Positions 22,821 through 36,450 are shown, numbered from the whole stretch's first letter. The stretch is DNA of 63,844 bases, filler included, from Reticulomyxa filosa (GCA_000512085.1; 17 parts of 17 records of this genome joined end to end with filler, not necessarily neighbours in it); one strand, 5' to 3'. Program-made: numbers and translations. Notes: generated from the sequence alone by a model not told the origin.

Positions 22821-24400
22821 ATGCAAGTGAAACAAAGAAACGTGGTAATACTTTCCTTAAAGAACGTGAAAATGCAATAAAAGCATAAAGTGATGCAATT
22901 GCATTTGAACCAAGAGGTCCAGATTTACACACTTATTTCAGGTACAAATCCATTTGTCATTTAAACAAGGAATGGTGGCTGTTCAAAAAAAAAGGGGGAA
23001 GATAAAGGCAAGAAGTGAGCATAAAGGAAAAAGAGAAGCCAACGCATTGTCGCAAAACATGCGTTTTCTATCAAAAAGTTTGATGCTAAAACAACTATTT
23101 AATCTGTCGTGCACAATAACCGAATTGCTTACTTTGTTGCAGAAACAAATGCGAAGAAGCGTTGTCAGACGAAGAAAATGTTTGAAGTTGAAACCTGATT
23201 TTTTCAAAGTTTTGATTTTGTTGTTCTTAAGAAGCTGCAAATAACACTTAAAAAAAAATTTTAATTTCGTTGTATTCTCTCAAAGGACTTGCTTTGTTCA
23301 AACTGAACAAGTTAGATGAAGCAAAAAAGGCTTATCAAGAAGGTTGCATTTTATGTTCTCATTTGTATGAATTTTTTAAAAAGTCACATTTTTTTTTTCT
23401 TTTCACACTCACCATTTTGGTTTGATCGATTTGCACAAATTTTTTTAAGTCTACCTTCTGGAAAAATGAACAAGTTGCAAATCCTTTTTTTAAAAAAAAA
23501 GACTTAGAATTGAACCGAATAATAGCATCTTGAAAGAAGATTTGGAATAATGCGAAGCAACACAAATTAGTAATGTGGGAAAAGATGTGTTAGTTTATGT
23601 AGAACAGAAATATGGTCGATTGTCCGCTGCAAACGTTCGCAATTCCGGATTTGTATGGACCAAGACTTTATCCAAAAAGTGAACATGCTACAATCCAATC
23701 CCCAAATGGCAATGCAAATGAGATTATTGCAAGATCCAAAAATCCAAAGCTGTTTGATGTTATGCCTGACATAAAAATGGGTCCTGATAAGCTTGTTTTT
23801 TTAATCTGTTTTTTTTTTACAAATAAAAGGTCTAAAACAATTTTATGCTTACGTAATATTGGGTATATGTGTTTGATAGTTATGTGTATGTATGCATGAT
23901 GACGTGATTGTAGTAAGACAATGAAAACATAGACCGCTTGCAACGCACAAGAAAGTGATAAAGAGAATGCAGACACAAATGACGACGAAGACGAAAATGT
24001 GCGATCACTGAAATGTAATCATTGAATGGCAAAGCTACAAAAAAAAAGAAAGGATACATCTGCAAAAGAGTAAAAGACTAGCAAGACTCTGGAAGAGTTG
24101 GAACAAGATTGACATGAAGCCGAAGAACAGAAAAAAGTGGAAGATGCATTACGTCGACGTCGAGAATAGTATCAAAAAGAAAATATCACAAAAAACCAAG
24201 GAAATGCACTTTATGACGCAAAAAAATTTGATAATGTCATAAATGTCATCAAAATGTATTTGAAATCAATACAAAAAGTTCTGATTATTTGTTTAACCAA
24301 AGTGGTAAGTTTATCCAAGTGTGTTTTTTTATATTTTAAAAAAAACTATCATTGAAATGGTGGAAAAAAATGTAATAGCTGTACTGTTTATGCAAGAAAA
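22821..24400 (+). pseudogene. Decayed STI1/HOP-like TPR co-chaperone
   Basis: Fragments in order: ETKKRGNTFLKE..AIKA*SDAIAFEP (about 22830-22915), YSLKGLALFKLNKLDEAKKAYQE (about 23273-23341), a DP-like segment (about 23700-23790) and KNQGNALYDAKKFDNVI (about 24191-24241). Multiple stops and frameshifts. Confidence 0.65.
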
Positions 24401-24791
24401 GTGTCTTTGTTGTCTCCAACAACAGCTTCAATTTCTCATATTCGGGCTATGTTCTCTCTATCCAATCGTCATCTTTCTCGTTCGCTGTTTCTGCGACTGA
24501 TGTTTCGATTGAAGTTTGATCCATTTTCTTTTTTAATTTATTTTACTATTTCGAAATTTCAAATGGTTTTTTTTTGATAGTCGCACGAATGACAAATGAA
24601 ATTTTTCAATTTTTTTTAGAAAAAAAAAGACAGCAGCGCTGGCCTTTGTTCAGTTTGCAACATGTCACAAAAAAACTTCTCCAATCAGTACAGCGAAATT
24701 TACGACAGCCAATTCCATTTAAAAAAATGCAGACAATTGTACTATTACAAGTCAATAATTTGCAAGTATATACAAATAAAATATAATAATG

Positions 24792-24891
24792 NNNNNNNNN
24801 NNNNNNNNNNNNNNNNNNNNNNNNNNNNNNNNNNNTTAATTAATTAANNNNNNNNNNNNNNNNNNNNNNNNNNNNNNNNNNNNNNNNNNNN
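24792..24891. other. Artificial 100-bp contig linker (first of 16)
   Basis: N44+TTAATTAATTAA+N44, giving stops in all six frames. Identical copies start at 27414, 30226, 32023, 34473, 36351, 38734, 39989, 43665, 45131, 47241, 53516, 55945, 57201, 60079 and 62728. Confidence 0.98.
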
Positions 24892-26869
24892 GACTGATTG
24901 AACATTACACCCCCAATATTGTAGATGGACCGGGATTGTTTCACAATCTTCTTCATATGTCTTTCGTATTTGCACTATTCGCTGTTGTTGCTTTAATTTA
25001 TTATGGAAGATTCACTCATCAATTTTCTGGATATCGTTTGCACGTCGAATTATTTTTTTTTTGTTGCAGTTTTTGTAATGCCTTCATTCTCTCCAAAACA
25101 GCAATATTAATATTTTTATACGTGTCTTGTTTTTGTTCTTTTTCATTTGCAGATTCCACCACCTGTACCGCCTGTTGACTTTGTGTATTCTAGTTGCTGT
25201 AAAAACAAAAATGACAAACAATAAATTAATTCAAATTGTTTATAAAAAAAAAAAAGACAAAAAATAATTAATTTTCTTTTAACTTTAATCTTCTTTTGAA
25301 GGTATTCGAATCAATAAAGCAAACCATTTCCTGCCAATCTTACTTAACGACGATAATCATAATTTTTTTTTTACATTGAAAAAAAGTAATCAAATTGCAA
25401 TAATGTTTTCCACCAAATCAAACACGAAAAGTCATAACATTTTTATTTTGAAAATGTTTCCATGTATCTTTGGTGTGTCGGTATCGAGAGATCACATACA
25501 GCATAATCATGAAAGGCGATGACGGACATTTTATCAAATTAGGTACATTGATGAGTTGGAGTATATTGAATGAAAGTATTGCGAGTGCATGATAATTCAT
25601 TGCCACTTGTGTTTTGTTTTATAAATATCATTCATAGTTTTTATAAAACGAATATCAACACTTCCAATTGATTTATTGTGTTGGCTCTCTTTCATTCACA
25701 TTATCTCCTCCATTCTCTTGGTATGTTCATCTTTCTTGCACGATTCTTTGCTGGTGTCATATTTTTAAAAAAATCCACTAATAATATTTTTCTTTCTTTT
25801 CCTCTTCCCTTAATTTACTCTTTCTTGTTCTTTTTTTTCTTACTGTTCCTATTTCTTTCATTCCAGACATAAGGTAAATCAATCTACAATGAAATGATCC
25901 ATATCCACATTATTTTGGTTAAAACACATCACAACAACTTAAGATATGATAAAAGTATTACATACATTTAAATAAAGCTGCCTTCCCTTGCGTTTGATCG
26001 ATGCTTGTCATTTTGAATACCCTTTTTTCCAGTTGTTCTGATTTTGGTGATGCATTTTCTGTTTTGAATTCGAGCAATGACAGGATTGCATGCCACGATG
26101 GAATTCTCCACAGAACATGCATTTACTTCTATTCTTGGTCTCTCAAATTAATACTCACCACATAACTCTAATATATATATCCTTTCCTCGATTATATATA
26201 TTTATTAATTAGTTTGTGAAATTGCACAGACAACTCACTTTTGAGCTTTGTTGCAACAGACCAAGAAAACTCCAAAAGTTAGGACAACGTTCAATTGCGC
26301 TGCGTTCTGCCAATGGACTAAATTCGTATTGCCTTTGTTATTGATTATGACCCGTGATATCCGGTAAAATGGGATTGCAAGTATATCCATAGAAATCACA
26401 TTCAAACAATGATATGTTTGTATTTATCTATACTAATTGTTCCAGGTGTCGACGTCTGCAATCAAGTGAGAGATAAAACAGCAGCTAAATTAAATGCACA
26501 TAATAGAAAATATAACATTATTTGTTGCATTAAGTCCATTGAGTATTTCGCATTGTCCACTTCAATATCTTCACCACATAGACCTAAATGAATAAAAGAC
26601 GATCTCAAATTGAAATATTATGTCGCCACAATCATGCCCTTTACCAAAAAAGAATCTTGGACAATCAATGTTCATTTTCTCATTGTTTCTCTTTGTCATC
26701 GTGATTTGTTGCTGCCAAATTTCATTTCTATAATATTATACGTATATTTTCAGATTTGATTTTTTTTAGCAAACACACACAAAGAAAAAAAAATTACTTA
26801 ACTATCCCGCGCGGGATATCACCAATTATTAAAATAAAAAAATAAAAATTTAAAACATACTTTTCTTTT

Positions 26870-27150
26870 CTTTCATTATTATTTTCTTTATCAAAAATGT
26901 TTGTTTTTTTCTTTTTCTTTTTTTTTTTATTTTGTCATTTTTTTTTTCTTTTCTCCTTTTTTTATTTTTTTCACATTTTTCCTTTTCTTTTTATTATCAA
27001 CTTTTTTTCTTTTTCATTTTTTCCATTTTTCTTTTTCAACCTCCCTTTTTTTTATTCTTATTACTACCTTTTTTTTTTATTATTTCATTTTTTTTTTCTC
27101 CCCCCCTCTCCCCCCCAATCACTCAATTACCCCCACTTTTTTTCCAATCA
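26870..27150. repeat. T/C-rich low-complexity tract
   Basis: About 280 bp of almost G-free poly-T/TC sequence near a contig end. The poly-Phe ORFs here are artefacts. Confidence 0.8.
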
Positions 27151-27513
27151 CCATTTAAAAAATAGATACCTATTCATTTCGCGCCGGACCTATGTGCACA
27201 CAAACAAACAAAGTTATATTTTATAATTTTTTATACAAGACAAAACATATTTGTAACTATGAGAAGTTGATACAATTTCCAATTTCGAATTCTTTTTTCC
27301 TGTGCAAACACTTACAAACTTTTTTTTTTTAGATAGGGTGGGGATAAATAAATAGACGTATGTACACACATATATGTTTTTTTTCTTGAGGGGGAACCTA
27401 TTAAACCACAAACNNNNNNNNNNNNNNNNNNNNNNNNNNNNNNNNNNNNNNNNNNNNTTAATTAATTAANNNNNNNNNNNNNNNNNNNNNNNNNNNNNNN
27501 NNNNNNNNNNNNN

Positions 27514-28081
27514 GGTCGGGTTATCAACAAGACGATTGCATCGTAATGCAGCACATTTCCTTAATATGACATTGTTCAAATTTTTATCCAAATGGATTGC
27601 GTTAAATATCTCTATATTGTGTTGTTTTTATTTTGTGTATATTACAATGCCTCATGAAATTTCGATAAAGAGATATGTTTTGACAATTGTCATGAATAAA
27701 AATAATATCCGTCTCCAATTGCGGCACGGACGAAAGATCGAATCTAGGAACAGTGGACCCCAAGACTTCAGCTTGTTCTTTTTTTTTTTTTTTTTTATGT
27801 CTGTTTTGTTGGGTTCAACATTGTACATCGAACAGCCAACGGAGGTTTCGTCAGTGTTCACATGCTGTTGGGACGGCGAGACGATTCTGGATGAGATTTT
27901 TCGCATTTGCGATTTGGTGCAGTGATATTTGAACAAGTGCAAACTCCTCGTACGTGTACTGTTCCTCGATCGAGACCATTCGAAGTGTTTTTGGTTGTGG
28001 ATCAGATGGCACCAAAGAGCAATTGCCATTTGAGGATTCGGATTTTTGTATTGGATTCCGTTTGTTCCATTTTGTTGTCAT
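27514..28081 (-). CDS. 5' part of a hypothetical spliced gene with an in-frame TGA (possible pseudogene)
   Basis: ATG at 28081 reads MTTKWNK..ACEH*RNLRWLFDVQ, followed by exon-like segments AEVLGSTVPRFDLSSVPQLETDIIFIHDNCQNISLYRNFM and AIHLDKNLNNVILRKCAALRCNRLV. No family recognised. Confidence 0.35.
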
Positions 28082-30325
28082 TGTATAAAATATAATTTGA
28101 ATAATCTTTGCTAGACTTATAAATAATTAACGTATTTCAACAAAAAAATAAAAGTTTTTGTTTGTTTTTGAGACAGACCCGCCAAACAAAGATAAAAGTT
28201 TACAAAAGTTTTTGAACAAAACTATTGACTAGTCCACTTCCAGCTAGTCATTCCGTCACAACACTTGGCGCTGATATACAACGTGTGGATGTATCGTATC
28301 TCTTACAAAAACTAGTGCAATTGAAGACATCATCTATTGGGGTAATGAGGGCCGTACTGAAAGTTTGTCAAGTTAAACTTGCACCTTCTTTTTTTTGTGT
28401 TGATATCTCCATCAAAAGCAAAGAAGAAGACTTTCATTGCTTTTCGCGAGTAAATACATAAATTTTTACATTAAAATATTTTACACTTAAATGATATTAT
28501 TTTGATGAAATTACTCAAGTTTTGTAAATATCATTATATACTTGTACTTTCAGTTAGAAACACGTTGCAAATTCCGAAAGGGGCTTATCTAATTTTTTTT
28601 TTTGTGACAATATTTTTGATCAAAAAAGAAGTAAAAAGAAACTTGCAAACACTACAAAGAATAGCAAAGCAGCACCACGTTATGGATGATACCAACGGAG
28701 ATCATAATAACACGTCAACAGTTTGTGGCTTTCTCAGCAAAATTATTGTTTTTTTTTCTCTTACCCCTTTCTAATCGATTGGTAAATTTTTTTTTTTTTT
28801 TTAAAAAAAAGAAATGGTCAATTTTTTTTGCTCGCAAAAATTGGAAAGACGAATACAGAAATGAATGGAAACATCTCAACAGAAGCGTCAAACTCAGTGA
28901 ATGAGACAGAAGAGAAGAAGGAATCTGTAGATAACACAGGTGTCAGCAATTCCGACGTTGTGAAGACCTTTCGAATTAGAAAGTTCCAATACTTTTTTTT
29001 TTTTATTGATTTTTTTTTAATGATTTGGATGGACGCTGACATTGATGTGACTTTGCCAAATACTTGATCCAGGAATGTTGAAGTCACCCAGACAAAAGCC
29101 GCACAAGGACAACTGGGAAAGGTCAATAACGAGAGATCAATTGAAATATGACATGGATTCTACCAAGAGGCGGAAAAAGAAGGCAATGCAATTGACTAAA
29201 GAAGCAATTAGAAAAATCTCAACTCACAAGGATGTCCATGAAATATAAATTAGAACAAGCTGGTTGGATTTTCTTTCTTTTTTCATTTACCACTTTGTTT
29301 CATCGAGGGAAGAGATCAATGTGCAAGTTGCAAAAGAGCAATTACAAAGGTCCCAATTTAAAGATACGGTGAATCAAGATTTAAACCAGCGATCTTCCAT
29401 ACTTGAATTGGAAAATGCTGGTCTTTTGAAATTCTCATTTCTAACTTTAAACTTACATTTTATTTCAATTCTAAATTTGGAACTAATGAGTATGAAAGTT
29501 GCCATTGTGTTCAACCTGGAACACGTAGGCTCTGTGGAGGGTCAAACTATGGAGATAATACAATCTCGCAATCCAACTCATTTTTTCTTTTTTTAAAAAA
29601 ATGCAACGCCAACCTGTCAATTCGCTATATGTGCACGAATAATTCGTCGTTTTTTAATTTGAAAACTAACAAACTTTTTTCATTGCTTGTGATAATTCAT
29701 ATCGAGAAGACTCGTTCACAACACGAAGAAAAGGAAATATACTCCTGTTTTGAAAATCTTTACAATATATATTTTTCACCTACATTTTTTTATTGCAAAA
29801 ATTTAAAAAAAAATTCTCGTCCGACATGAGTGCTATAAATTTCAAGAAATAGTTTTGAAAGGTGTTGTACGCGTCGTGAAAAGAGCCCCTTTTCATCAAG
29901 AACCTTTTGAATATAAATTGAAAAGTGGGAGCATGTGAATCTCAAAGGTGTACTGCTGGTTTTGACGGATACTGAAAAAGAAATATGGACCAGAGAACAA
30001 ATTATCACCAACAAAAAACACAGCCAGGACTTGCTGTCAAGTCAAACAAAAAGATCCATTCGGAGTGTTACCTTTGAATGTGACGAGGAAACGAATGGTA
30101 GTGAACAAAAATGATATCCTTTGTCGAGATAATAGTTAATTGATTATTCTCTCAATTATGAGAAGGATTTTTTTATCTAAATGGGGTACATACCCCAATT
30201 GAACAAGTACAAATTATTGAAACCTNNNNNNNNNNNNNNNNNNNNNNNNNNNNNNNNNNNNNNNNNNNNTTAATTAATTAANNNNNNNNNNNNNNNNNNN
30301 NNNNNNNNNNNNNNNNNNNNNNNNN

Positions 30326-32022
30326 GAATCATTTATGTCAATGTCAGGATGATTTTGCAATATCAATTTAAATTTTGACAAATCTCCTGATCTTGCTGCT
30401 TCATGAATAACAGTGTAACATCCTTTGAATGCATTCTCATCATCAGAAACTTCTTCAATTTCATTACTCAAAAAAGGGTATTCAACAGCACTGTCTATAT
30501 TACTATTATCCCACATTGATTGATGAGTTGGAAATTTCCATGCAATGGCTTGTTTATCACAATATCTGATTAACTCATTCAAAGCATCGAAATTGATATT
30601 ATTATCATCACAGCTCAATTGAATACAAGGATTGAACGTCATCAAACCAAGTACCAATAATTGAATGCCCGTGTTAGTGGCTGTTTTCCAAATATGATTA
30701 TTTGAATTCTCCTTATTTATCAATGTATTTTTATTTTTCATTTGGATATTTTTTTCCAGTCCACAAATTGTTACACGTTTCCATATACCTTCGGATATTT
30801 TTGATAACGCATCTCGAACATACCATCTACATCCCTTTTTCGCTCTTTCCAATAAATGTATCACCAATACATACAATTGTTTGTCATTCAATTTTGTTGA
30901 TATTTTTTCAAGTAATTCCACCAATGAACTATCTTTAGATGAGTTGTTTTTTGTGTTCATCGAATGTTTGGAAACAAATATCAAAGCGTTGAAAATCCTC
31001 TCTAATTGTTTTTCATTCCATTTTGTTGAAATTTCTTCAAGTGCTTTTTTATATGAATCAAAGTAATGCCGTTTCTGCTCATTTGGCAAAGCATTGAACA
31101 CTCCTTCCAGTTGCATATCAGTCAAATTCGTCGAAATTACTCCAAGTGATTTTGCACATGATTCACAAACATCTTCATCTTCATCGTTCAATCCATCGAT
31201 CAAAGTATTAATTGTATTTTCCAGTTGTCTCTCATTCAATTTCTCTGAAATTACTCCAAGCGATTTTGCACACGATTCACGGTCCCATTCATCTGTATCT
31301 TTTGACCCATGAATGAACGCACTGTAAACTCTATCCAATTGTCTATCATTCAATTTTGTTAAAATTGTTTCAAGTGATTTTTCACATAATGCACGAATAC
31401 ATTCATTTTCATCTTCTAATCCATTCAAACATTCGAAAACATCATTCAATTGCTTTTTGCTTAATTTCGTCGAAAGATATCCAATAGATTCTGCATACAA
31501 TTCTCGGTCCCATTCACTGTTACCTTTGAGTTTATTAATCAAACATGTGAAGACAGGATCGATTTGTGTTTCATATAATTTCATTGCAATTCCTTCAAGT
31601 AAGTCTCTGGATGTATCACAACAATATCCATTTATATTTTGAAATCCATTCATCAAACATTGAAAAGTAATATCCAATTGTTTATCATTCCATTTCTTTG
31701 AAAGTGTTACAAGTGATGTTACACATGAGTATTGAACATCACTATCTTTTAATCCATTTGTGAAACATTGAAAAGCATCATCAAACTGTCTTCCATTTAG
31801 ATTCACTGCAATTGTCCCAATAAATTTTGCACATTCCTTACGCACATCTGCATTATCATTTTTATCAGTGAATATATCCATTAATGAGTTAAACGCTTTA
31901 TTCAATTGTTGTTCATTACATTTATTTGAAATTTCTTTAAGTAATTGAATGCACTTGCTACGAATATTTTGATGTTCGTTTTTATCATTTAACTTATCCA
32001 TAAAATAATTCAATGCAATGTT
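30326..32022 (-). CDS. HEAT-repeat protein with the start of a C-terminal ankyrin repeat (partial)
   Basis: About 560 aa open. Repeated L.D.D..VRESCAKSLG.IS.KL.E.QL units, then TVIHEAARSGDLSKFKLILQNHPDIDIN. Confidence 0.85.
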
Positions 32023-32122
32023 NNNNNNNNNNNNNNNNNNNNNNNNNNNNNNNNNNNNNNNNNNNNTTAATTAATTAANNNNNNNNNNNNNNNNNNNNNN
32101 NNNNNNNNNNNNNNNNNNNNNN

Positions 32123-32848
32123 TACTGCAGTTAATACAGCTACTGATACAATAGTTAATGATATTAAAGTCTGATGCAATGTGCATCCTGTTTGTCCATA
32201 CCATAACAACATTAATGTCCAAAGGGTGATACAACATCCTTGTAAAAATAATGTTATCATAGTTAATAATATTTCATACCAACAAATTTTACATTTATTA
32301 TTATTATTATTTTGTGATTTATCATTTTCTAAGATTTGAATTTTATTCAATACACTATCACTTACATCCCATGCCCAGGTAATTAATACTAGTACTTGAA
32401 GTATTAAAAAAAGAATAGACGCTATTCTTGCAAATTCTGCATATCCTTGATAAAAATCATTTGAAAACCAAAATGATCCAATTAAAAATCCTACTAAACA
32501 TAACAATTTTATTGTAAAAAACATCCAATGAAATGCAGCGAATGTCCATACCAAAAATACATGGATTACAAAAAATGCAAACAACGCAAAGGACGTGCGA
32601 TAAACTACTCCATTTCCTTCACAACTACGTCCATTGCAGATTTTCAATGATGTATTTAATGATGAATTAGAATACAATTGCTTTTCTCCATATAATGTCA
32701 TTATAACACAAAACACACAAGCAGCTAATAGTATGAAAACATAAGGAAGTCTTGATACCGATCCATGTTTGGCGTTACAGTCTTTAAAGCTAAAACAAAA
32801 GCAGCTTAAAAAACAAGTTGTAAAGCAGGAGATTATGCTACCACACAT
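32123..32848 (-). CDS. Serinc/TMS1 (serine incorporator) family, 3'-truncated
   Basis: Cys-rich N-terminus, SRLPYVFILL, CEGNGVVYRTSFALFAFFVIH, FH..FFTIKLL, ARIASILFLILQVLVLITWAWD, GCTLHQTLISLT. Confidence 0.9.
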
Positions 32849-34215
32849 AATCTTAATCTTTTCGTTTTGTATAGTCTTGATCAAGCAATTGGATTTCTTT
32901 TTTAATTTAAATATAGTTATACAAAAGTTCCCTTTTGAAAACTGATGGAAGGCAAAACATAGAAGATACGTTTCAACAAAGTGTTTTATCAACTGATGCT
33001 TTTTTTTGCCCCATAATATTTCATTCACACCTTCTCTGCCTTTTTTGGCTAGATCAAGTTTATATCAGTTCTTCTCTCGTAAACAAATTGGTTATTATTA
33101 TTTATTAAATCAAAGCCGTATTTTTCACAAATTTTGTGTACTTGCAAAAATATTTTTAATATTTATAGATTGTGGTGTTTTCGCGAATTGCCTTTTTCAA
33201 AAAATTTTTTTACTGAGTCTTGTGTCGTGTTAAACAGTTTTTTAAGTTGTCCCTGTTTGTGGACCAATAATCTCCTTTTTTTTGGACTAAGTAATTGGTT
33301 ACTTTTGAATACAAGCGCTTAGGAGAAACAAAACAAACTAGTCAAAAACATGGTCAATCTTGACCGTCAGTAAATCGTGTTGTGAAGGTCACAAAAAGGA
33401 TTACTTTTACTTTTTGCACTAATAACGCAATGATAAAGAGGGTCTATATCAAAAAAGTGAAGGAGCAAAACTCAGCGTTATAATTAGTATTTTTGCAATT
33501 GGCTTTTGTTCACTTCGAAATATAGACCTTTCTTGTTCTTTTCCTCCTTTTTTAGTTACTTGCATGTTTAGAATTTTCTATCGTTGAGTGCATTAAGATC
33601 ACCCTTAAAAACTCGAACGTATACCTCTGTTTCAGAAAAACATTTTCTCTGAACAAACGTCTACCTTTCAAGGAACTTTTTACTTTAAAAAAATTCAAAG
33701 TTTTTTTTATTTTTCTGCCAGCAACGTTTGAAGACAGTTACTTTTGAACCGTTTCTTCTGCCAAAAATGCAATTCGGTAAAAGAAAGTTTTTTTTTTAGC
33801 ATTTCTACTTTTAAAAAAAAGCCACTTACGTAAACACAGACAACGTCTTTAATTCTGGACACACGAAAGATGGGGCAATAGAAAAGGGATTCAAGAAAAC
33901 CGGAGGAGGTAGCAAACCTTGAAAAAAGGGAAAAAGATAGTAAACACACTTGCGCATTTGCGTGCCATTTATTTTCCTTTAAAAAAGTCTTAAAAAAAAA
34001 AACCTTTATATTTGTATGTATGTTATACAGTTTTTGGAGAATTGACCATGTCAAGACGATTTTACATTGGCTGTGATAGAATCAATGACTATGTCTCATT
34101 AGCAGAGACACAAAGTGGTCTATTTATTACAGTTTGAATAAAACGCATGTTTTCTTTGATCTTTTTTTTTTGGAAATACATTTTAAAACATAACTTTAAC
34201 TAGGTTGAAGATGTA

Positions 34216-34445
34216 ATGCATGGAAATGTATTGGGTCGCGTGTATAAAGAACCTGTCAAAGTTGTGGGAGGTATGCAAAGCGAATCAGAATCTGGAAAAT
34301 ATGAAACAGATCTGAAAGCATTGATAAAATTATATGGCGATATATTGAAAGAAGAAGATCTGAAGAAATACCTTGAACAGAGTAATGGTAACGTAGCAAT
34401 AGTGATTGATCAAATCACTAATATGTTGTTCAATCAGAAAGTTAT
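34216..34445 (+). CDS. Hypothetical protein fragment with a UBA/CUE-like helical segment
   Basis: LKALIKLYGDILKEEDLKKYLEQSNGNVAIVIDQI; the contig ends just after. Confidence 0.4.
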
Positions 34446-34674
34446 TTCCACTTTCACAAAAAAAAAAAAAAANNNNNNNNNNNNNNNNNNNNNNNNNNNN
34501 NNNNNNNNNNNNNNNNTTAATTAATTAANNNNNNNNNNNNNNNNNNNNNNNNNNNNNNNNNNNNNNNNNNNNCCAAAGATGTTTTACTCAAACAAAAAAA
34601 AAAAGTTTATATACATTAACAATATATACGTATACATATATATATATGTATATATGTATATATAACAAAATACC

Positions 34675-35732
34675 AGTCATCCTGAAGTTTTTTAAATGCA
34701 AAGCGGAATTGAAAACACTCCACAATCTCCAAGTTTTTCCAAACAAAATCCCCAAACTCAAAACAAAACCACAATGCCTTAAAAACAGCTTTGCGTAGCA
34801 CGAAGACAGGGACGTGGCTAGTTCGACGAATAGACTTCCAACGATGCACATGCCTCCGACGATGTACAAGATGCAGAGTTTCCACGCGCACTCCTTCATC
34901 ACAACAGAGTTGTGAACGCTGAGAATGGCGAAGATTTGGAACAGCAGAATTAAGCACACAACACCGACGAGACATTCGATGACCAACGATTTGAGCGAGT
35001 TCGTGACATGGGCATTGCCTCGAAAACAAGTCTGTTGGGCCCATTTCGCCGTGGAAATGTCGGGAAAGGTCGATTTCTCGACCACAAACTGGTCCGTCCA
35101 GTCGCTTTCGCTTTTCAAGTCCACAATTGACTCTAACGACTTGTCCGATATTTCGCCTGGGCGCGATGGATATTAGCCACATTTGTGTAAAAAGATGAAA
35201 TATTTAAAAAAAAAAAAAAAAAAGTACAGTATACGTTATATGCATATGGAAATATGTACATGTATACGTATATTGGTTTATGTACGTAACTGCAATCAAG
35301 CAAATAATTGTCAACACTTGGCAACCACAATGTCCAAATCTGAGGATTTTGTTTAAGCCATTGACAAGAGTAGTTGGCACGCCAATACGGACTGTCATCG
35401 ACGTGACTTTGATTCCAAACTCCTTGCAGCACGTAATTGTAAATCGAGGCGGACACGTCCACATTATTGAGGAGTAAGTACAGATAGTAGTGTGTTTCTT
35501 TGACACGGGAAGACCAGATTTTGTACAGGTTGACACCCTGACTCAAAGGAGAGCCAGGAGGGAATCCCACCGGCACGAATTCGTCGCTGCTCATCCATGT
35601 GCTTGGGCTCCACATCGAGTATAACACACGCGTGTCATTGTTCACAAGCTTTCCAAACTTTTCAATACCGTTTTGTTCGTATTCATATCCAATAAACTAT
35701 TTGTTGTTGTTGTTTTCATAATCCAAGAGACT

Positions 35733-35783
<51 letters not shown>

Positions 35784-36310
35784 GTACATACATACACATA
35801 TTACATATGTGAATACGTTTTTTTAGATATAGCAATCACAGATCACTTAACAGTCACTCTCAAACGAACATTGGTTTGGTTGATCACAATGGCATCGGCA
35901 AAGTTGTTGTACTGCGGCACCCAATTTATCAGCGTTCCACACGATATGTTCTTATTGCAAATGCCTGGAGTCCACGTTGAATTCACGCACCCATATCTGG
36001 AGTTATCTGGGCAAGGATAAGACAGCGTTTCGTTTACATTTAGCTTTTTTTATTTTTATTATTAGTATTATTATTTTTTGCTATTATTAATTATTGTTAT
36101 TATTGCTTGTTGTTATCAACTGAATATATATATAAATATAAATAACGACGATGCACGCCTGCGTTTTTGACAACAGTGTACGTACACATGCGCTTTGTTT
36201 TTTGTTTTTTTTTAATTACCGTTTCGTTGACTTGAATTACTTGGTCGTCCAATATTTCAACGATGTTGTTCAACGTATATGAACGCCACCAATCAATCCA
36301 TACTTTGTTG

Positions 36311-36315
<5 letters not shown>
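34675..36315 (-). CDS. Class C (GABA-B-like) GPCR with a ProX/OpuAC-like solute-binding ectodomain (partial)
   Basis: 7tm_3 segment SVVMKECAWKLCILYIVGG..SCYAKLFLRHCGFVLSLGILFGKTWRLWSVF. Upstream exons DWWRSY, GCVNSTWTPGIC..CGTL, LYSMWSPS and SCQWLKQNPQIWTLWLP. Confidence 0.75.
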
Positions 36316-36350
<35 letters not shown>

Positions 36351-36450
36351 NNNNNNNNNNNNNNNNNNNNNNNNNNNNNNNNNNNNNNNNNNNNTTAATT
36401 AATTAANNNNNNNNNNNNNNNNNNNNNNNNNNNNNNNNNNNNNNNNNNNN

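Noticed and set aside
24892-26720. Possible decayed gene on the minus strand of contig 2
   Set aside because: Coding-like fragments are present but no family motif was recognisable.
26897-27226. Poly-Phe ORFs in three frames
   Set aside because: They are translations of a low-complexity T-rich tract.
30182-30197. Small hairpin TGGGGTA-CA-TACCCCA near a contig end
   Set aside because: A single 7-bp inverted repeat is expected by chance, and there is no partner terminal repeat or transposase.
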